From positions 32,001 to 96,000 of the forward strand of contig CAWJSK010000021.1 in assembly GCA_963845535.1 (NCBI GenBank): DNA of 64,000 nt. The letters run 5' to 3'. The notes beneath the pieces were generated by a model. That model did not search any database, was not told the DNA's origin, and saw only the letters and a list, made by a program, of their open reading frames with translations. A program made the translations under genes and the position numbers. The stretch is from an uncultured Spirochaetota bacterium. Lineage in GTDB: Bacteria > Spirochaetota > Spirochaetia > SZUA-6 > Fen-1364. Positions 61,417 to 64,000 of this stretch are shown piece after piece; the stretch's first letter is position 1; each line of letters opens with the position of its first letter.

Positions 61417-62246
61417 GACGCCGCCCCGTCCCCGCGGATTCCCTTGAAAGCTGCCGCGCAATCATCATCGAAGCGGCCGGACAGGAGGCCGCGGAGGGGG
61501 TGGCGGGCGCCGCGCAGGACCTGGGCAGGCATTTCCGGCTGGTCCTTGCAGCGCCGGGAAAACGCGGGCCGCCGCGCGTCGTCCCGCCCCCTTTCCATGC
61601 ATGGATAGCGGCGGATTGCATCAGCTCCTACGTCCGGGAGAACGCCATTGAATGGTACGCGTCATGGCTCATTGGCAGTGCCCCTGACATCGGGTTTCAG
61701 GGCGCGCTTCGCGGGGGCTCCCCCGCAGAGGTCCAGGCAGCGTTGCGCGCAATCAGGCGCGCGGAGGCTCACTCACGGATCGTGATCGACTACGAACGGT
61801 TGGACCGCGTCACAGCCTCTCTGCGCAAGCGCAAGGGCCGGATCGTCTTCACAAACGGCGTCTTCGACCTCCTCCACGCAGGCCACCTGAGGCTGCTGGA
61901 GACGGCGCGCGCGCGAGGGGACGCCCTGATCGTGGCAATCAACAGTGATGACTCGACGCGAGCCATCAAGGGCCCAGGGCGGCCCGTCGTCCCCCAGTTT
62001 GCGCGCGCCGGGCTGCTTTCAAGCCTTCGTTGCGTGGATGCATGTTTCATCTTCCCGGAGGCTGACCCCGTGAAAGCCTTGGAAACTGTGAGGCCCGACG
62101 TGCTGGTCAAGGGAAGCGAGTACCCGCTGCGGAAGATCGTGGGCGCCAGGTTTGTGCTGAGCTACGGCGGAGAGGTGGTCCGCGTGCCCATGGTTGCCGG
62201 CTGGTCTACCACGTCCACCATCCGCGCGGTCCAAAGCACGCGCTGA
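61413..62246 (+). CDS. rfaE2: Heptose-1-phosphate adenylyltransferase (RfaE domain II) with an N-terminal extension
   Basis: VFTNGVFDLLHAGH, AINSDDS, KGPGRP, LVKG and STTS motifs. Confidence 0.85.
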   Translation: MRRRPVPADSLESCRAIIIEAAGQEAAEGVAGAAQDLGRHFRLVLAAPGKRGPPRVVPPPFHAWIAADCISSYVRENAIEWYASWLIGSAPDIGFQGALRGGSPAEVQAALRAIRRAEAHSRIVIDYERLDRVTASLRKRKGRIVFTNGVFDLLHAGHLRLLETARARGDALIVAINSDDSTRAIKGPGRPVVPQFARAGLLSSLRCVDACFIFPEADPVKALETVRPDVLVKGSEYPLRKIVGARFVLSYGGEVVRVPMVAGWSTTSTIRAVQSTR

Positions 62247-62304
62247 CGAGCGGGCTCTGGCGCGCTTCGCGCGGTGCGGGACACGCTCCGCGCGCCTGAG
62301 ACCG

Positions 62305-62919
62305 TTAGTCGTTACTGTAGCTGATGTTCAGGCGCGCCTCTCCGAGCACCTTGTCCTTGATTGCCTGGCGCAGCTCGTCGAGGCTGTAGCCCTTGGGAAG
62401 CCCCGTGGGGGCGGAAAGAGCGTACAGCGCGAGCCGGTAGACGTGGATCAGGCGCTTGCCGGTGTTCGGCGGGAAGTCCGCCGGCGGCTGCGGTCCTCGA
62501 TATCCGATCTGCCCGCCGCCATTCCTCCCCTGGACAAGGGAGGTCATGTCAACGGATGCGTTCGCGGGAAGGCCTCCCAGGGAAGGGTCGATGTCCGCGA
62601 CGGTCCAGTGGAGGAATGACGGGGCCTTGATCCCCCGAGCGGCCAGCACGAGCCGGGCGTCTGGGTCATCAAGGATCAGGGCCAGGGCCTTCGTCCCCGC
62701 GGGCACGTTGCTCCAGAAAAAAGGGAAGGAGCGGGGGTTGCCCGGACCGCTGGCCGCGGCGTACTGGGCGTCCAGGCGCCCAGCGGACGTGAGCCCGCTG
62801 TCGAAGCCCGTCTCGGAAGGTCCCGAAACCGCCGGGGAGCTCACCGTGAAGCTTTGTGCGCCGGCAAAGGAAGCGCTGACAAGGAGAAAGCCCAAACCTA
62901 TTTTGGATCCGATGTTCAT
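62305..62919 (-). CDS. YbhB/YbcL (PEBP/RKIP-like) protein, secreted
   Basis: Signal peptide, DDPDA, HW and GYRGPQPP...H.Y. Confidence 0.9.
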   Translation of the reverse strand: MNIGSKIGLGFLLVSASFAGAQSFTVSSPAVSGPSETGFDSGLTSAGRLDAQYAAASGPGNPRSFPFFWSNVPAGTKALALILDDPDARLVLAARGIKAPSFLHWTVADIDPSLGGLPANASVDMTSLVQGRNGGGQIGYRGPQPPADFPPNTGKRLIHVYRLALYALSAPTGLPKGYSLDELRQAIKDKVLGEARLNISYSND

Positions 62920-62957
62920 GGAACCTCCGCTTGAGAAAGAATACTCATCCGGAAGGC

Positions 62958-64000
62958 TCAGAGTCTCACGATTATTCTCTCAGATCCTTTTGTCGGTTTG
63001 ACAACGGCGCCCTCAGGCGTTTCCGAAAGCACGCCATTTTCAACGGCGCTGACCTTCTTCACGTTCCTCAGGCAAACGCTCCACGGCTTTCGGGGTCCTT
63101 TGCAACTGATGGTCAGCGTGCCGGCCTCCCGCCGGACCTTCAAGAGTTTCTTCTTCGCGCCCTTCGGTTGAAAAAACCGTTGCGGAGGATTCCAGTCCCT
63201 CGACGGGCTCGAAGACATGGAAGGCCACGCCGTCGGCGTAGTCATAGTCCGGCCTGGTCTGGTCCGCTCCCATGGAAATGATGCTGCCGGGCCTTACCAT
63301 GATCGGAACGCTCATGTACCCGTGAGCCTCGCTTCGCCATGACCCGCCGTCCACCGGTGCGCCGCCCAGGAGGCTGGTCCACCTCCCCGGGGGGAGGTAA
63401 AAGGATACCTTTCCGTCCTCTCGGAATATGGGCGCCACAAGGAGGGACGACCCGAGCATGTACTGCCTGTCCAGCGCGGCGCAGGCAGGGTCCTGAGGGA
63501 ACTCCAGGATCATGGCCCGCATCATGGGGATCCCATCCCGGGAGGCTTCGAAGGCCGCGGCAAACAGGTAGGGCATGAGCCTGCACTTCAGCTCCACGAA
63601 GAACCGAAGCACCTCGGTGGACTCTTCTCCGAAAAGCCAGGGGACGCGGTAGGACTCGTTCCCGTGAAGACGGCTGTGCGATGAGAGGAGCCCGAAAGCC
63701 GTCCAGCGCTTGTAAAGGTCAGGAGTTGCCGTCTTCTCGAAACCGCTGATGTCATGGCTCCAGAACCCGAACCCCGAAAGGCCCAGCGAAAGTCCGCCTC
63801 GGAGGCTTTCCGCCATGGACTCGTACGTTGCCGAGCAATCCCCTCCCCAATGGACGGGAAACTTCTGCCCGCCCACCGTTGCCGAGCGCGCAAAAACAAC
63901 CGCCTTGCCTTCCCCCTTGGAGTCCTTCAGGACCTCGAACACGGCCCTGTTGTACAGGTAGGTGTAGTAGTTGTGCATGCGAAGCGGGTCGGATCCGTCG
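62958..64000 (-). CDS. yicI: GH31 alpha-xylosidase (5' part outside the window), with an apparent frameshift near 63150
   Basis: PVHWGGD, WSHDISGF, SSHSRLHG and QYMLG. The YicI-like C-terminus (WSVCLRNVKKV) is in the shifted frame ending at 62958. Confidence 0.9.

Noticed and set aside
1..64000. CRISPR arrays, rRNA and tRNA genes
   Set aside because: No regularly spaced repeats or recognisable structural RNA genes seen by eye. A covariance scan was not possible.

Overview
High-GC bacterial chromosomal window from an anaerobe, probably a free-living Spirochaetota member (inferred from the protein styles). In order it carries: aroC (partial); an SH3 lipoprotein-btuF-cobUTS cobamide salvage cluster; a sugar ABC operon cut off from its NarL-type two-component system by a complete 2,258-bp IS1634-family element (TIRs plus 6-bp TSD) that also carries a divergent DUF6788-like gene; an MFS transporter; a trimeric electron-bifurcating [FeFe]-hydrogenase (hydCBA) followed by a sensory [FeFe]-hydrogenase/histidine-kinase fusion and its relay proteins; a divergent partner-switching module with no sigma factor (Cache-HAMP, GAF-SpoIIE, STAS, anti-sigma-like kinase, unknown 387-aa protein); kdpFABCDE; a rubrerythrin-VIT1 transporter; ppk2; a TetR-regulated RND pump; PPi-PFK; two paralogous polyol ABC operons either side of a two-component system, sharing a 44-bp operator; and several metabolic genes ending in partial yicI. 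Eight apparent single-base frameshifts look like long-read consensus errors. I saw no rRNA, tRNA or CRISPR array. The best novelty candidates are the IS1634/DUF6788 divergent cassette with its symmetric promoter-operator, the sigma-less partner-switch facing the hydrogenase operon, the hydrogenase-kinase relay and the shared 44-bp operator.
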